Below are positions 38,368 to 53,090 of a stretch of 64,000 bases of DNA, piece by piece (the stretch's first letter is position 1; each line of letters starts with the position of its first letter). The notes beneath the pieces are model-generated. The model made no database searches. It worked only from the letters and a program-made list of their open reading frames with translations, and was not told where the DNA came from. This DNA comes from Octopus sinensis (lineage: Eukaryota). The DNA is taken from the NCBI RefSeq assembly GCF_006345805.1, contig NC_043010.1, positions 54,684,001-54,748,000 of the forward strand, in the 5' to 3' direction. The translations under genes were made by a program, and so were the position numbers.

Positions 38368-38436
<69 letters not shown>

Positions 38437-39004
38437 CATACAGACAGACAAATATAGAGTATATATGTGTGAGAGTGAGATAAAGAGATTGATAATCTGA
38501 TAAACAGGTAGACAGGGAAAGGAGACGGAAGAAAAAGAAGAAACAACAACAGTTGTAAAACAATCGAAATCCAATCTAAACCTGGTACATGAACGTATCA
38601 TTATAAAACATTGTCAAGAAAAGCCCTTATATGGCAAATATTGGCTGAAGCTAAATAGAAAAGAAATAGACAAAGCAAAATCCTAACAATGGCTGAGAAG
38701 CTCGTAACTGAACAAGCAGAGACTGAACCATTTGTTTTTGCAGCAGAAGATGAAGGCCTTCTCAACAGAAATCCCAAAATGTAAATGAAAAATACGGCAA
38801 CGAGAAATACGAGAAGAAGGAGTAGTAGTAGTAGTAGTAGTAGTAGGAGGAGGAGGAGGAGGAGGAGGAGGAGAAGAAGGGGAGAAGAGGAGAAAAAGAA
38901 GAAGGAGGAGGAGGAGGAAGAAGAAGAAGAAGAAGAAGAAGAAGAAGAAAGAAGAAGAAGAAGAAGAAGAAGAAGAACGGTAACAACAACAGCAATATAA
39001 GGCA

Positions 39005-40345
39005 TAGGATTTCCAAATGATAATGGCAATTCAACCTGAAACCAGCAATAAATACCTGGCATTACTTGAGGCAGATGGGATTAAACATAACGACCTGAAG
39101 GGAAATCTTGAAAGAGAGGTTGTGTGTGGTGGTTGAGAAAAATACTGGCTTCAAAGATGAATACCAGAAACATAATTTCGGCAATAAACTCGTGCGCAGT
39201 AGCAGTGGGCTCGGTATGGCACTGGAATCCTGAAGTGAACAGAGGAGGAGACGGAGAGGAATTCAAGAAAACACCTAACGATGCATGGAGGCCATCATCT
39301 ACGTGCAGCAGACACTGATCGCCTATACTTGAAGAGAGCAAATGGGGGAGGAGAACTGAAAAGTGTGAAAGACTGCGTACGTGTCGAAGTCGAGAGCTTA
39401 ATTCGATACCGAGCTCAAGGTAGGGAAACCTTGCTGGTGTCAGTTACGAACGAGAGATAGTATTGAGATAAAATGAAAAGCAAAGGAAGAAGTACAAGAA
39501 AGACATGGAGAAGAATAACGCAACAAGGTTCTACATAGTCAATTCTATGTAGCTCCAACAGAAGTTCCTGGAAAAAATAGGTGGAAATGGCTGAAGAAGG
39601 GAACTCTAAAACAAGTGACCGAGAGTACTATACTGGCTGCGCAAGGGTCGAGCTTTGGCCACGAATAGGAGAGTGAACCTATGGAATGAGCAAGTGTCTC
39701 TGCTGTGGCGTATCTCTAATACAGTGAATGAAATCATTTCCCATATCACGAACAAATTCACTAGACTTGCCTCAAACCATTTGAAGTTGTGGCTACACGA
39801 TCAGTTAGCGAAAGTGCTAAATTGGAAACAGCGAAAAGTGTGGAGTAGAGAGATATAAGACGTCACATAGGCAAAAGCCGTAGCAAGTGGCGTTGTCTAG
39901 ACTACCAAAATCTTTTGAGATTTCCCAATCCAAAGAGATCAAGGGCTAGAGCATAACAGAGTGGACCTAGTGGCATGCAGAAAATGTACTATATAGTTGA
40001 CGTTGCATGTCCCTTTGACCCACGAATAATCAAGTAGGAAGGCGAAAAATAGATAAACATAACACTCTTAAGTACGAAATAACACGGCTATGGAGAAGGT
40101 GAGGATAGTGCCAATTATTATTGGGTTCTTGGGAATAATATCCGAAGGCAATATTAGGAATATAAAGGAAAATGTAATAGAGTGCCCAATAGAGCTGTTA
40201 CAAAAAAGTTCTGCATCCTTGGCACGGACAGGATAATTAGATAGCTGAAAATAACCGAATAGCATGGTACCGTAGTCTGCAGGTAGCAAGCCCGCTACGC
40301 AAGCAAGACTCCAGGAGTTCCAACAAAGTTTGTGATAAAAAGAAC
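39005..40345 (+). mobile_element. Decayed R4/Dong-type LINE (restriction-like endonuclease C-terminus)
   Basis: Broken frames give a decayed CCHC (WRISNTVNEIISHI), LHD (from RHD), DFPIQRDQGLEHNRVDLV, IVDVACPFDPRI and LKYEITRLW; ends in (TAA)n. Confidence 0.8.
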
Positions 40346-40427
40346 TAATAATGATACTGATGATGAAGATGATGATAATGATGATGATGATGATGATGAT
40401 AATATTAATACTATTATTATTATTACA

Positions 40428-40509
<82 letters not shown>

Positions 40510-40549
40510 TAATAATAATAATAATAATTATTATTATTTTTATTATAAT

Positions 40550-40583
<34 letters not shown>

Positions 40584-40599
40584 TTTATAATAATAATAA

Positions 40600-41010
40600 T
40601 AATGTATCTTGAAACGGCAGCCGCAATCAGATAGGGTGTTAGAATTATAGATTCGACAAAAAGCGTCGTACAGAAATTTATAGAAAAGCTACAAAACTGT
40701 TGACTAAGTATGGAGCCCACCATCTGAAAGCTGATGTTAAACTGTTCTACTTAAAGAGAAATAAGGATTGAAGAGATTTAATTGCCCTGGGAGACTGTGT
40801 GGAAATGTACTGGAAAGTGTCTACTGGAAAATTTGCAATATATCACTGAGGAATTACCTAAGGATTGAATAAAGAAAATGTAATCAATTGTGTAGTAGGA
40901 GCACAGGACATGAATGAAGTTTTGAGAAAGCATGCTAAAAACATAGAAGGGGAACCATTACATGGTCAGTTTTGGTAAGTCACTGAAGGTATGTGTGCAA
41001 TAATAACCTG
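40600..41010 (+). mobile_element. R4/Dong-type LINE fragment, highly decayed
   Basis: ..GEPLHGQFW motif; starts right after an (AAT)n tract. Confidence 0.55.
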
Positions 41011-41230
41011 AAGGATTATTAAATGCTTACGGATACCTAAGGTTGTTGGTTGTAAATCCATTACCTACATAAGTTCTACAACGAAAACGATAAAAAATGA
41101 GTCACTTTGCGTAATTATATATATATGTGTATATGAGATCTTGCATGTACATAAACAACAAAGCACATACACACACGCACACACACAAGACACAAACACA
41201 CACATATATACATATTCATGCGCACACACT

Positions 41231-41262
<32 letters not shown>

Positions 41263-41273
41263 CATATATATAT

Positions 41274-41359
<86 letters not shown>

Positions 41360-41363
<4 letters not shown>

Positions 41364-41730
41364 GGCAGTTTGTCTGTGTGTGTTTCTGTGTGTCTGTTGC
41401 TTGTACCCTCACCCTGACCACGGCTTTCAACCGATTCTGATGAAACTTGACACACACATAGCCCAATGTCATAATTCAAAACTAACGCAGCGAAAATTTT
41501 GAAAAGTTCCCCCAGATCTGAAAAAAATCGATAAATTCGACATGGGGTCGAGATTCAGAAACACGAACCACAAACTGTCTAGGGGATGCAACTCCACCTT
41601 TTTTAAATCTCAAAAAATATTTACCATCATTTTTTTCCATTTTTTTGCTATTTTTTGGCTATAACTCTCTAAAAATGCTTTATAGTTATTTCCCTTACAA
41701 ACCTGAGCAACGCCGGGCGATACTGCTAGT
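41360..41730 (+). mobile_element. Non-autonomous Helitron-like element
   Basis: Begins in (TA)n and ends CCTGAGCAACGCCGGGCGATACTGCTAGT. Confidence 0.65.
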
Positions 41731-41744
41731 ATATATATATATGT

Positions 41745-41960
41745 GTGTAGGAGTGGATATGTGGTAAGTGGCTTGCTTAACAACGACATGGTTTCAGGTT
41801 GAATCCCCTGAGTGGATTACCGGTTCGGCGAAAGATACTGATAGAATAAGTACTAGGATTACAAAGAATAAGTCCTGGGGTCGAGTTACTCGACTAAAAG
41901 CAGTGTTCCAGCATGGCCACAGTCAAATGACTGAAACAAGTAAAGATTACAGAGTAAAGA
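41745..41960 (+). mobile_element. CORE-type composite SINE, internally deleted
   Basis: Head GTAGGAGTGG..GTGGTAAG joined to the 3' module. Confidence 0.65.
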
Positions 41961-42001
41961 GTATACATATATACATACACATACATACACCACACACACA
42001 C

Positions 42002-42045
<44 letters not shown>

Positions 42046-42172
42046 AACACGAATACAATGACATATATACATACATGCATATATATATGTATATACACAT
42101 ATATACATACATGCATATATATATGTATATACACATATATACATACACATACATACACACACACACACATAT

Positions 42173-42221
<49 letters not shown>

Positions 42222-42828
42222 CTGTATGTAATACAGAACGTTCCATGCCTGAACAATTTTGACAATCATACAACGTAACACACAAGTGGATATCAGGTAT
42301 AATTTGAACTTATAGCGAAACTTACAGACAAAATTAGCCAACACCTCGTTGTCATATTTTTCTACAGCCTACCTGTTTTGATCGATCGCTATGTTACACA
42401 ATTCACTAAAGAAATAAAAGATATATTACACAAGTCAAATGTGGAACGAGATAAAGAAGAATTAATCATGATAGTGGGGAATATATGAGAAATATAAGAA
42501 AGCTGTAGAAAGATCTCAGCAGAATTATGATGCGTTATAGATGATATGAGTAGAATTTTCATACCCTGCTTCCTCATAGATATACTGAATGTGAACTCAG
42601 AGATTACTATATAGAATTGTTATTGAAGAGATACTGGTTGCGAATATGACGTAAAATGCCAAAATTTGCCGTGATAATCTGACGAAATAGCTGAGACTGA
42701 AACCTACATGTGTAGTAAAGAAAGTACGATGCAATTCTGTTGTCATTGATATGAATAAAACTCTGCTTCGTGAAACTGAACAGATACAATTTAGAAGAGA
42801 TAATATGTACGCACGTATTAATGTATAA

Positions 42829-42863
<35 letters not shown>

Positions 42864-43927
42864 TTTACATATCCACGTAATACTTAGATATATACAAACA
42901 TATATATACACATATATACATACATGCATATATATATGTATATACACATATATCTGTGTATGTATGTAGGTATAAGAATATATATATATATATATATATA
43001 TTTGAACACGAATACAATGACATATATACATACAGCTATACACACATATACGTTTGTGCGTGTGTGTGTGTGTGTATGTGTGTGTGTGTATGTGTATGTG
43101 TGTGCGTGTTACGGTGATCTTTTATGCGTCGGTGTGTGTGCGTAGAGTTAATTATATCTATCGCGATAAAACTCATGTTCTATAGCAAAGTAGGAGATGA
43201 GAGTTTCGATATCACCTGATGATTATGATGATTACTTTCACCCGATATATGATAAGCTATAAATCTCAGTTAAAGTTTAGTTGTTAGGCAATACCATTTT
43301 CATTGTCGAGATATATATCGCTTCCTATTTCTACCGGACTTTTACAATCTCAGTTCGAATGCAGCCGATTCAAAATTATCAGTCAAGCTTCCAGGCCCGA
43401 TAATGATTATCAGTTAAATATTTTAGTCAACCGAAACATTTAATAAACTTTTTTCATATTTCAGGAATTGTGCCGACTAAGCGAATATTATTTTATAATA
43501 TATGCATTTGTCTTAGAGGAATTTAATAATTATTTTTCTAAAATCTTGAAAGATTCAGATACACAGCATCGATTATATGTTTGGGTTTGTAGTTGTGTAT
43601 TTGTGCAATTAGATGTGTATGTGGATGTGCATGCGAGAATACGCATTCCTGTTGCATATGTATGTACGTATGTATGTATGTATGTATGTATGTATGTATG
43701 TATGCATGTATGTATGTATGTATTTATGCATGTATACAAATTTTAGTGTTCCTCTGTATGTGTGTATATGTGTGTGTATTTTGCATTGTGCGAATAAATC
43801 ATTCTAGCATGTGAACAAGCATGTCCAATGTCTGACGAATGAAACATTTGGATAAATAAAAGAACATAAGAATAAAATAACATACATACACTCACAATAT
43901 ATGTATAGTTATATTATATATTTCTAC

Positions 43928-43964
<37 letters not shown>

Positions 43965-44206
43965 TACATACATATATATACACGCATACATATATACATG
44001 TGTGTATATATATATATATTATATATATATATATATTATATATATATATATATATTATATATATATATATGAAGAACTATTATATCCATATTCATCTATG
44101 TGAAGCTATTATCTTTAGTTTTTCTCTGATACGCTAGATATAAACGGGGAACTTGAAGAGGATTAATATATTTGATTCAATGATATACATACATTCATAT
44201 ATACAG

Positions 44207-44239
<33 letters not shown>

Positions 44240-44240
<1 letters not shown>

Positions 44241-44432
44241 AGAATTCACATAAAAAAGACAAAAGACGAAGACTGGTGCTGTAGACAAAAACCGGATGTA
44301 TTAGTATAACACTCACGTAGTGAAAAAGCCTTTAACGTTTCAAGCCAACGCACTTTCACAAAAAGGAATACAGAAAGAAACAAGGAGAGAAAATAAAAAA
44401 ATGTGTAGTGGCTAGCGATCTATCATGGCGAA
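44240..44432 (-). mobile_element. Penelope-like terminal fragment with a highly decayed hammerhead (44329-44366)
   Basis: Minus strand: CCTTT..GCTT-GAAA-CG-TT-AAAGG; flanked by (TA)n. Confidence 0.35.
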
Positions 44433-44456
44433 TATATAAATATATACACACACACA

Positions 44457-44540
<84 letters not shown>

Positions 44541-44622
44541 CATCTATCTATCTATCTATACATATATATAGTTTTGTCGGAGTGGAGGGGTATATATATA
44601 TAGATTGATATATATATATATT

Positions 44623-44659
<37 letters not shown>

Positions 44660-44661
44660 TG

Positions 44662-44694
<33 letters not shown>

Positions 44695-45217
44695 ATATAT
44701 ATATGTTTAGAGAGAGAAAGGGAGAGATTGAGCGATGTAGATTTCATAATTGATCGAATGTATCAACGTTACAGCATGTTTCTTGAGGTCATGAGATAAC
44801 GATGTGCAAAGGTACACTCCTTACTAATTAATTGAGATCGCAATAATTGTTTCCTACACAGGTACATGGCCTGGCATTTTTGGGAGGGACCAGTCAATTA
44901 CTTCAGTCTTACTGATCAACTGACATATAATTCATTGATCCTGCAAAGATGAAATATAAAGTCGACCTCGCACATAAATACGGACGAAATAGCACTAAAC
45001 GATGTGTATGTCGTACTAACGGTTCTGTCAGTTTCCTGGGCTTTTTTTCTCACTCTCTCTTTGGAATAAGAAACAGGAAAATGCCTCTCTAATATTTGAA
45101 CTAACAATGCAGTAGCAAGAAATATTGTAAGGTATCTAGTTCTACTGTTTAGATAATTTATTCATGGTGACGATATGCTGATGACAATGACACGATGGCG
45201 TCGATGTCATAATTGTT

Positions 45218-45520
45218 ATTTGTTCCTACTCGAGCCACGCCTGGCTCAGAAGGGCCGGTTTTCGGTTTCTTTGACGTATATAGGTTCCCCACCTGAACGG
45301 GACGCCGGTCCGTCGCAGGTGAGCTGCAAGATGCAGGAGGAACGAGTGAGAGAAAGTTGTGGCGAAAGAGTGAGCAGAAGTTCGCCATTACCTTCTGTCG
45401 GAGCTGCGTGGAGCTTAGGTGTTTTCGCTCATAAACGAACACATCACCCGGCCTGAGGTTCGTACCCGCGATTCCTCGACCGCGAGTCCGCTCCTCTAAC
45501 CTCTAGGTCATGTGCCTACA
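45218..45520 (-). mobile_element. Older tRNA-Arg-derived SINE, tail B
   Basis: Diverged head ..GGACTCGCGGTCG..; tail GACGGACCGGCGTCCCGTTC resembles the 6588 copy. Confidence 0.7.
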
Positions 45521-46280
45521 CCGATGTCATAATAATGATATTATATTGGCGATGATGATGATGATGATGACGAGGTCGACGATGAGAACGATGACAAAAA
45601 CAACAAGAACGACGGTGATGATGATGATGATGGAGATGATGATAATAATGCGAAAATAGTAAGAAGCTGGATCCAGAAAGAAAAATTGGTAGAAAAAAAA
45701 GTAGCATAAATTCGAAAAAAGATAGCATTTAGAGGGAAAAATAAAATACAAAAAAATCCATTATATCTAAGATTGAGCCAATATATCGACAGATCATAAG
45801 ATCCCTACTAACCTTTAGAAATATAGCTATTGCTATAGGTAGGAGGCCAAGCGCAGTTAATATTTCCAAAACTAGTGCTGCGAAAAAAACAAAAAAACAC
45901 CTAAGTGTATACTTGAACCTTATTCTGTCAACGAATGAACATTAAAGATAAGATGCAAAACTAAAACGTATGTAAAATGCTATAGTGGGATGAATAACAT
46001 CAGAAAATAGGAAATTATTATTGCGTTGATAATATAACGAGGGTAGGACGAAATAGCGTCAGGATATGGCGTGAAATCGAAAATTCTATAAAAGGTTTCC
46101 CAAGGAATTTTATGTCAGATATAAAACAGATTCGAGGTGTTAATTTAAAACTCAGCCCAAGAGATAATGCTATAAGTAATTATATATATATATATATATA
46201 TACAACGTACGCTCCTACAATATTATACCAGAGATTACAAACGCAAAATCCAAATGTGGAAGATTATGAGGAAATGTATG

Positions 46281-46352
<72 letters not shown>

Positions 46353-46404
46353 TAGGTGCGTACATTGGACTATCCATCTATCTATATATCTATCTATCTA
46401 TCTG

Positions 46405-46466
<62 letters not shown>

Positions 46467-46597
46467 CATCTATGTATCTATCTATCTATTTATCTATCTA
46501 TTTATCTATCTATCTAACTGTCTATCTATCTCCCTTTCTCTCTACGTCTCTGTCAATCACTCTCTCCCTCTTTATATATATATTATATGAATAAATA

Positions 46598-46632
<35 letters not shown>

Positions 46633-47177
46633 TTATTTATTTATATTATATAAATAAATATATATGTATGTGTATATATATATACATATATATATATACA
46701 TTATATAAAGTAAATATACTTGTACTGCGTACGTACAAAATTGCGCATAGGTTATGAGCATATATGAATGTGTATGCGCGTGTGTGTGTGTTCCATGTGC
46801 ACGTGTATGCACATAAACAAGTGTGTGAGAGAGAGTGTGAAACTGAGTGAGAAAATGTGAGAAATAAGGATGTGTGTGTAGAGAGAGATACACATTTACT
46901 GCATATATTTAATATCATATAAATATGCTGATATTCAAATGCATTTTGTTACATGTTAATATCTCTGAATTACATTTTGTACATACCTATCTCACTATTG
47001 TATATATATATATATATATATAAATGTGTGCGTGCGGGTGTGAGTGTGTGTGTGTGTCTGAATGTGTGTGTGTAGGTTTGCATATGAGTATGTGTTCTAT
47101 TACGCATATAAAAGCAAACGCAAGTCTATAATTACGTGTGTAGATATTTTCGGGTACACATATATATATATGTGTAA

Positions 47178-47221
<44 letters not shown>

Positions 47222-47268
47222 CACACAAACACATACATACACACATATACTCATATATATATATATAT

Positions 47269-47299
<31 letters not shown>

Positions 47300-49974
47300 T
47301 ACATATATATATATATTGGAACTTCTATTGATCACTATATTCTTACATTGAGGTGTACGTTTATGATAAAACAAGCGCAGGTTATATTCCCATATGACCC
47401 TAATCCAACGACAGCTACTAACAGCGCCACCAGGATCACCAACACCAACACCAACACCAACACCAACACCAACACTAACCGTATCACTACCACTACTACA
47501 TAAATTTATGTATATATATGCAAACATATTTATACACATACATATAGATATATATTATCCTCCACATATGTAGATATATACAATAATATGCACCTATAAC
47601 CTCTAAACGCAAGTCGCTTACGTGTCATTGTATTATTTATCAAGTAACATACCGGTCCATCTGCTTCAACTGTAATAAGCAACCAATATATAATGTACTG
47701 TATATAATAATAAACGCTGAGAAACTGCCTTTCAGGTTTCTGGATTTTTGTGCTTTCGTTTCGTTCTAATATGATATCCATTTTCCCAAGTGGTCAACGC
47801 TACGAGATGAAAACACATCCTGTCGATAAGTGGAGATCTTTTCTGTATTATTAGAAACCTGATAAGCTTTTTTGATAGTTTTCCCATCGTAATCCTCGGC
47901 ATCACAAAATTCTCACCGAACTAGTGGCGTCTGCAAGATCAGTCAGTTTGCAAAAAAATATGGCCGCCGAAAATATCTCTAAAATATTTCTCTGACATAT
48001 ACAAAGAGGAATGTAGTTTAGTTTATGAAGTTTTAGATGTATATGATAACAAGTGCAGGCTTTTTCGGGTTTAGTACAATCCACTGTAAATTAAGCAAAT
48101 GTCATTTGTTCAGCCTTGAGACGATCAAAGCTTAGTAAATAAACTTGAATGACGAAAATTATATGGGTACTGGTTAAATATCTAAATGTATGAGCGGCGG
48201 CGCATGCGTGAGCTATAGTAGAAGGCACTAGCCGAAGGTGCCACGCAGTGGGACTGAACCCGGAACCATGTGGTTGGGAAGCAAGCTACTTACCACACAA
48301 CCACTCCTACGCCTATGATCCTTATCCTTCGCCAGAACATAAAAGAACCTCGTTGATTCCATCAATAATTTACCTGGAATAGAGTGAAAACCAATAGCAA
48401 AATCAAGCCGTACAATTTTCGAGTCTGTTTTATTTTTTCTTTGTGACTCGTGTCCCAGATTGAAAATGCTTATTCCCCGTACAAAAGTTGCAGGGCGTCC
48501 GGCCTTTTGGACACTTTCAGTTACATAGCCATTATTTTGTAGATATTACAGTTATCTTCATTGCAAGTAAACCAATGTAAATCTTGCCATCAATTCTCAA
48601 GATTGATATTGGCCTAACTGGATAATCAGACCTGCTTCAGCTCCTTTTACATCTATAAACTCCTCATGTTCAGTACCAGTCCTCAACCTGTTAAACTTTA
48701 TGTCACAAGACTTTAAGTAGTACGTAGTGTTTATACCGTAATTGAGCGAAATATTTGTGTACTTTTTATCGTACATCATCATGTCCTGCTGCACTCTTTA
48801 CTCTTATTTTGGTGGTTCAGCAAAAGAGAAAAATAAATTAATAGATATTATCAGAACAAATAGCGGCATCTATTTGTTCTATAAAATCATTGAATTGTAG
48901 AATGACTGAAACAAGCAAAATATATTTAAAAAAAAGGCGTCCAAGTTCATTAGGTCATTGGGTTTCATTGCAACTCGGCTTTTACTTTCAATGCTTCCTA
49001 GGTGGACGCTGTCTTTCACCCTTTCAAGGTCAGTAAAATAAGTAGAAATTGAGCACTGGGGTGGATGTAGTCGACTATCCCCTTCCACCAAAATTTCAGG
49101 CCTTGTGCCTATGGTAGAAAGGATTATTGGTAAATGTTAAATTTATAGGCCCTTACATCTGCCGGCGTATTGGAAGACGCGTTACAGTAGTCTATATAAT
49201 AACCCCTCATCGAATTGTTGGAGTAAGTCGGGTACCTTACGATATTATTGTCTCCCTGCTTTGTAATTTAAGTGCTGCCTCATCTCCCAAAACTGCAATA
49301 CATCTACCTGGTGGTGCGTCTCGCATATGGCATCGGCAATTTGAAAGAATAATGGAAACAAACTCCTCCATTCAATCGGAAACTCGAATGTCAACACCAT
49401 CGCGTGATGAGAAGTACAGTTGTAATTAGTTCACAGAATTTTCTAGCTATTTCTGTGTTAGCCATAATATCCAGTTACATCATCAATTCTGAAAATCCTG
49501 ACCTTGCGGGATGGGCATCAGCTTCATTTTCGAAAGTGTTAATCAGACCTGGTTCTTGTGTAACAAAGTACTGGTCTGTTTTCTGCGTCTTTATAGGAAA
49601 CTACTGCATTAGAATTGTTGTAATCTTTGAAACAGATCTCAAAATTAGAGCCATATTATTTTCTTCAAGGCATTAATTTCAGACGACTGAAAAAAGAAAA
49701 AATAGACATTGATAGATTTCACTTAATTAACTGGAATGAGCAACTAATCCATAATAATTCTAGACAGGAACATGGATAAATTTACGATGTCTCAATATCG
49801 CCTGTTTCTTAGGAAACATACAAAAGCTGTTTAGAGAGAAGCAGTTCGTCAACACATCGTTTATGAGTTGGACGACTAAGAAACATTTCATGTGTCGAAA
49901 TAAAATATTTGTGTGTGTGCATGCATTCGTTCGTGCGCGAGGGTGTATGTATACATGTATGTGTGCAGGCGTAT

Positions 49975-50005
<31 letters not shown>

Positions 50006-50014
50006 TACACACAT

Positions 50015-50110
<96 letters not shown>

Positions 50111-50130
50111 GGTAAAATGTACGAATGCAA

Positions 50131-50164
<34 letters not shown>

Positions 50165-50166
<2 letters not shown>

Positions 50167-50763
50167 CACGAGCAAAACCGCCCCCTTCTAATGGACGGTA
50201 ATGAATTTTCAAACATTTAAACCAAATTTTTTCAAAACAACTTGTCCGACCGTCCCATTGGCCTCCCCTTTGAGAAACACTTATTTCACCTAAATTTGAG
50301 ACACCAAAAAAAAACAGAAGAAATAGAGATAGACTTGTTTTCTATTCCAAAGAAAAACGATTTTATCCAAAAGAAAAAAACTTCTTGAGAAACCAAATCG
50401 TCTTTCCTGCCTTCATGCCAAGTTTGAAGAAAATATCTGTTTTCTATAGTAATATTTTGGTCTCTTAATTATATTGCATTTTGTGACATTATTTCAAGCC
50501 AGCCGGCTTTTTGGGCGCAAATTGCAAGTGCATTTATCTCCCGTGCACCTAGTATCGATCGCAACAGCTGATGTTCTTGCGCGTACAAAGGCACGTTTCC
50601 ATGGCTTTATTGATCGCATTCTCACCTAGAATCGATTTTTGTAATGTTTTCAAGACTTATACACACCCTGATACCGTCGGTATCTACGTATCAAATTTGA
50701 TACGGATGGAGGATACGCGAGATCCTAGAAGACACACAGACAGACAGACAGAACAGATTTTAT

Positions 50764-50768
<5 letters not shown>
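50165..50768 (-). mobile_element. Helitron-like element (different family)
   Basis: Minus strand starts ATATAATAAAATCTGTTCTGTCTG and ends in a GC-rich segment then GCTCGTG; flanked by (TA)n. Confidence 0.4.
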
Positions 50769-50817
<49 letters not shown>

Positions 50818-51004
50818 GTGAGTATTTGACTATTGATAATGTATACAAATTTAGGTCACCACCCACCAATGTGTGATTCGATGTCTGTAACAAATCCATA
50901 TTCTAAGGTTTCCAAGATAGTGATAATGGGGATTTTGATAATAGTGGTGATGATGATGATGACGACCGAATCGATGATTTTTATTATTATCATTATTATT
51001 AACT

Positions 51005-51554
51005 GGGAGAGCAGCGTATACCTTCTAAGTGATACTGGAATACAAATATAAGAGGCCTAAAATACACATCATGACTAACCGTCTGATAAGAGTACACCAG
51101 TCACATGCATCACAATCATATGTGTGCGACATGGTGATCTCATATCAAGATAAACAGCACAGGACCTTTCAGGTGGGTCCCAGGTAGAATTTACTTCTGG
51201 TCGAGTAACCCATTCTGCTCACAAGGTCCCTGAATAAGTGTTGTTTAAGGATGTTGAACGAACCACTCGTGTTTCCAAACGTGAATTATCCAAACCTCTA
51301 AGAACTTCTATCAACACACGGCTATGATGCTCCCCCACTACTTCTGCTCGTGATCAGAGATGCACATATCGTCAGCCACTAAGGGACATGCTCAACTGGT
51401 TATGTTAAAATAACTTACAAGCCATCTGTGGTATTGAGCAGAATATTTGCTGTAGCCCATCTTTTATACCAAGACAAAACTATGTACATGATAACACTTC
51501 CAATCAGTTAAGATTAGCAGCCACGACAGCCACTGCCTGGTATTACATCAGTGC

Positions 51555-51555
<1 letters not shown>
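51005..51555. mobile_element. Non-coding ~550-bp repeat embedded in (TAT)n; further copies at 53100-53340 and 53375-53935
   Basis: Three homologous copies (GTGACACTGGGGTA..CTCATATCAAGATAAACAGC..CCACTGCCTGGTA), each bounded by ATT repeats. Confidence 0.6.
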
Positions 51556-51587
<32 letters not shown>

Positions 51588-52169
51588 CGATGATGATGAA
51601 GATGATTATGTCTATGATGCCGATGATGATGATGATGATGGCAGTGCCTTTAATTACGATGATGATGACAATGATAATAGTGATGATGACAACGATGATG
51701 ACAGGAATGATGACGGCGGAAACAAACAACGACTGCGATAACGTTTCGTTGAAGAAGAAATCATTCTTTTTTATCTACATGCATATTAATAATATTAGAT
51801 TATCGACGACGACAACGATGGCAATGATGACGACGACGATGATGATGATGAGGATGATGATGATGATGATGATGGTGAGGATGATGACGATGACAATGAC
51901 GACGAAGATGATGAGGAATTTTTTTTTTATTATTACTGAGGCTGTTTCTACTGCTACCGATGAGGTGGAATTCGAAGAGGGAACAGCAGAATAAACATAA
52001 CCATAATGGACGTTTTTCATAAGGCATATCTATTCTTCGGAGAACAATGTGTATAAGTTATTATCTCTTCAGAAATCACGAGAAATCGTTAAACTTAAGA
52101 AATAATATATATTGTCTCCGAACGAAGGAAATAAATCTTTAGATTTTTCTCCTTCCGTATCGTTATTTT

Positions 52170-52233
52170 TTAATTACGTATTAACATTGTACTACTACTA
52201 CTACTACTACTACTACGACGACGACGACGAATT

Positions 52234-52270
<37 letters not shown>

Positions 52271-52280
52271 GACTACTACG

Positions 52281-52313
<33 letters not shown>

Positions 52314-52394
52314 GCGACTACTACGACTACTACGACTACTACTACTACTACTACTACTACTACGACTACGACTACTACTAATACGACTACTACA

Positions 52395-52428
<34 letters not shown>

Positions 52429-52554
52429 TTACTGCTACTGCTGCTGCCTGCTGATGCTTCATCATAATCTTCTTCGTCATTGAGGTCTTCTTTACTTCTT
52501 ATAATGCTACTACTAGCATCAACGCCACCACCACTACCACCATCATTACTACTA

Positions 52555-52591
<37 letters not shown>

Positions 52592-52820
52592 AACTGCTGC
52601 TGCTGCCACTGCTGCTGCCACTGCTGCTGCCGCTGCTGCTGCCACTTCATTTTCTTCGTCGTCGTCTCCTTTTCCTTCTTATTCTGCTACAACTAACAAC
52701 AACGCCACCACCACTACCAACATCATTACCACTACTACTACTACTACTACTACTTCTACTACTACTACATTTTTCTTCTCTTCTTCCTATTTTTATCATT
52801 GTTGTTGTTGTGGTGGTAGT
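52170..52820. repeat. Compound trinucleotide microsatellite block (TAC/GAC/CTG)
   Basis: Direct inspection. Similar blocks at 40350-40600, 51560-51920, 54760-55555 and 56340-56515; (TA)n/(CA)n/(TATC)n tracts occur throughout. Confidence 0.9.
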
Positions 52821-53044
52821 GGTATTGCATGTTTTTATGAAGGCGGCAAGCTGGCACTATCTTTAGCACACCCAACAAACAGCATTTCGTCCGCTTGCCT
52901 ATCAACATTTCGAGCACTATGAAATATCTACCAGGTACGCACTGGGGTCCATATAATCAACTAGACCCTCTCCCTAAAATTCAGGACTTGTACATTTAGC
53001 AGAAATGAATATCATCATCATCCTCATCATCATTATTATTATTA

Positions 53045-53090
<46 letters not shown>

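Noticed and set aside
42675-42725. CTGACGA..GAAA-CCTACATGTGTAG-TA hammerhead-like string
   Set aside because: No helix I or helix II pairing.
51480-51555. Possible U2 snRNA-like or HDV-like ribozyme sequence at the end of the (TAT)n-embedded repeat
   Set aside because: Only short scattered matches; I could not build the U2 structure or the HDV nested pseudoknot.
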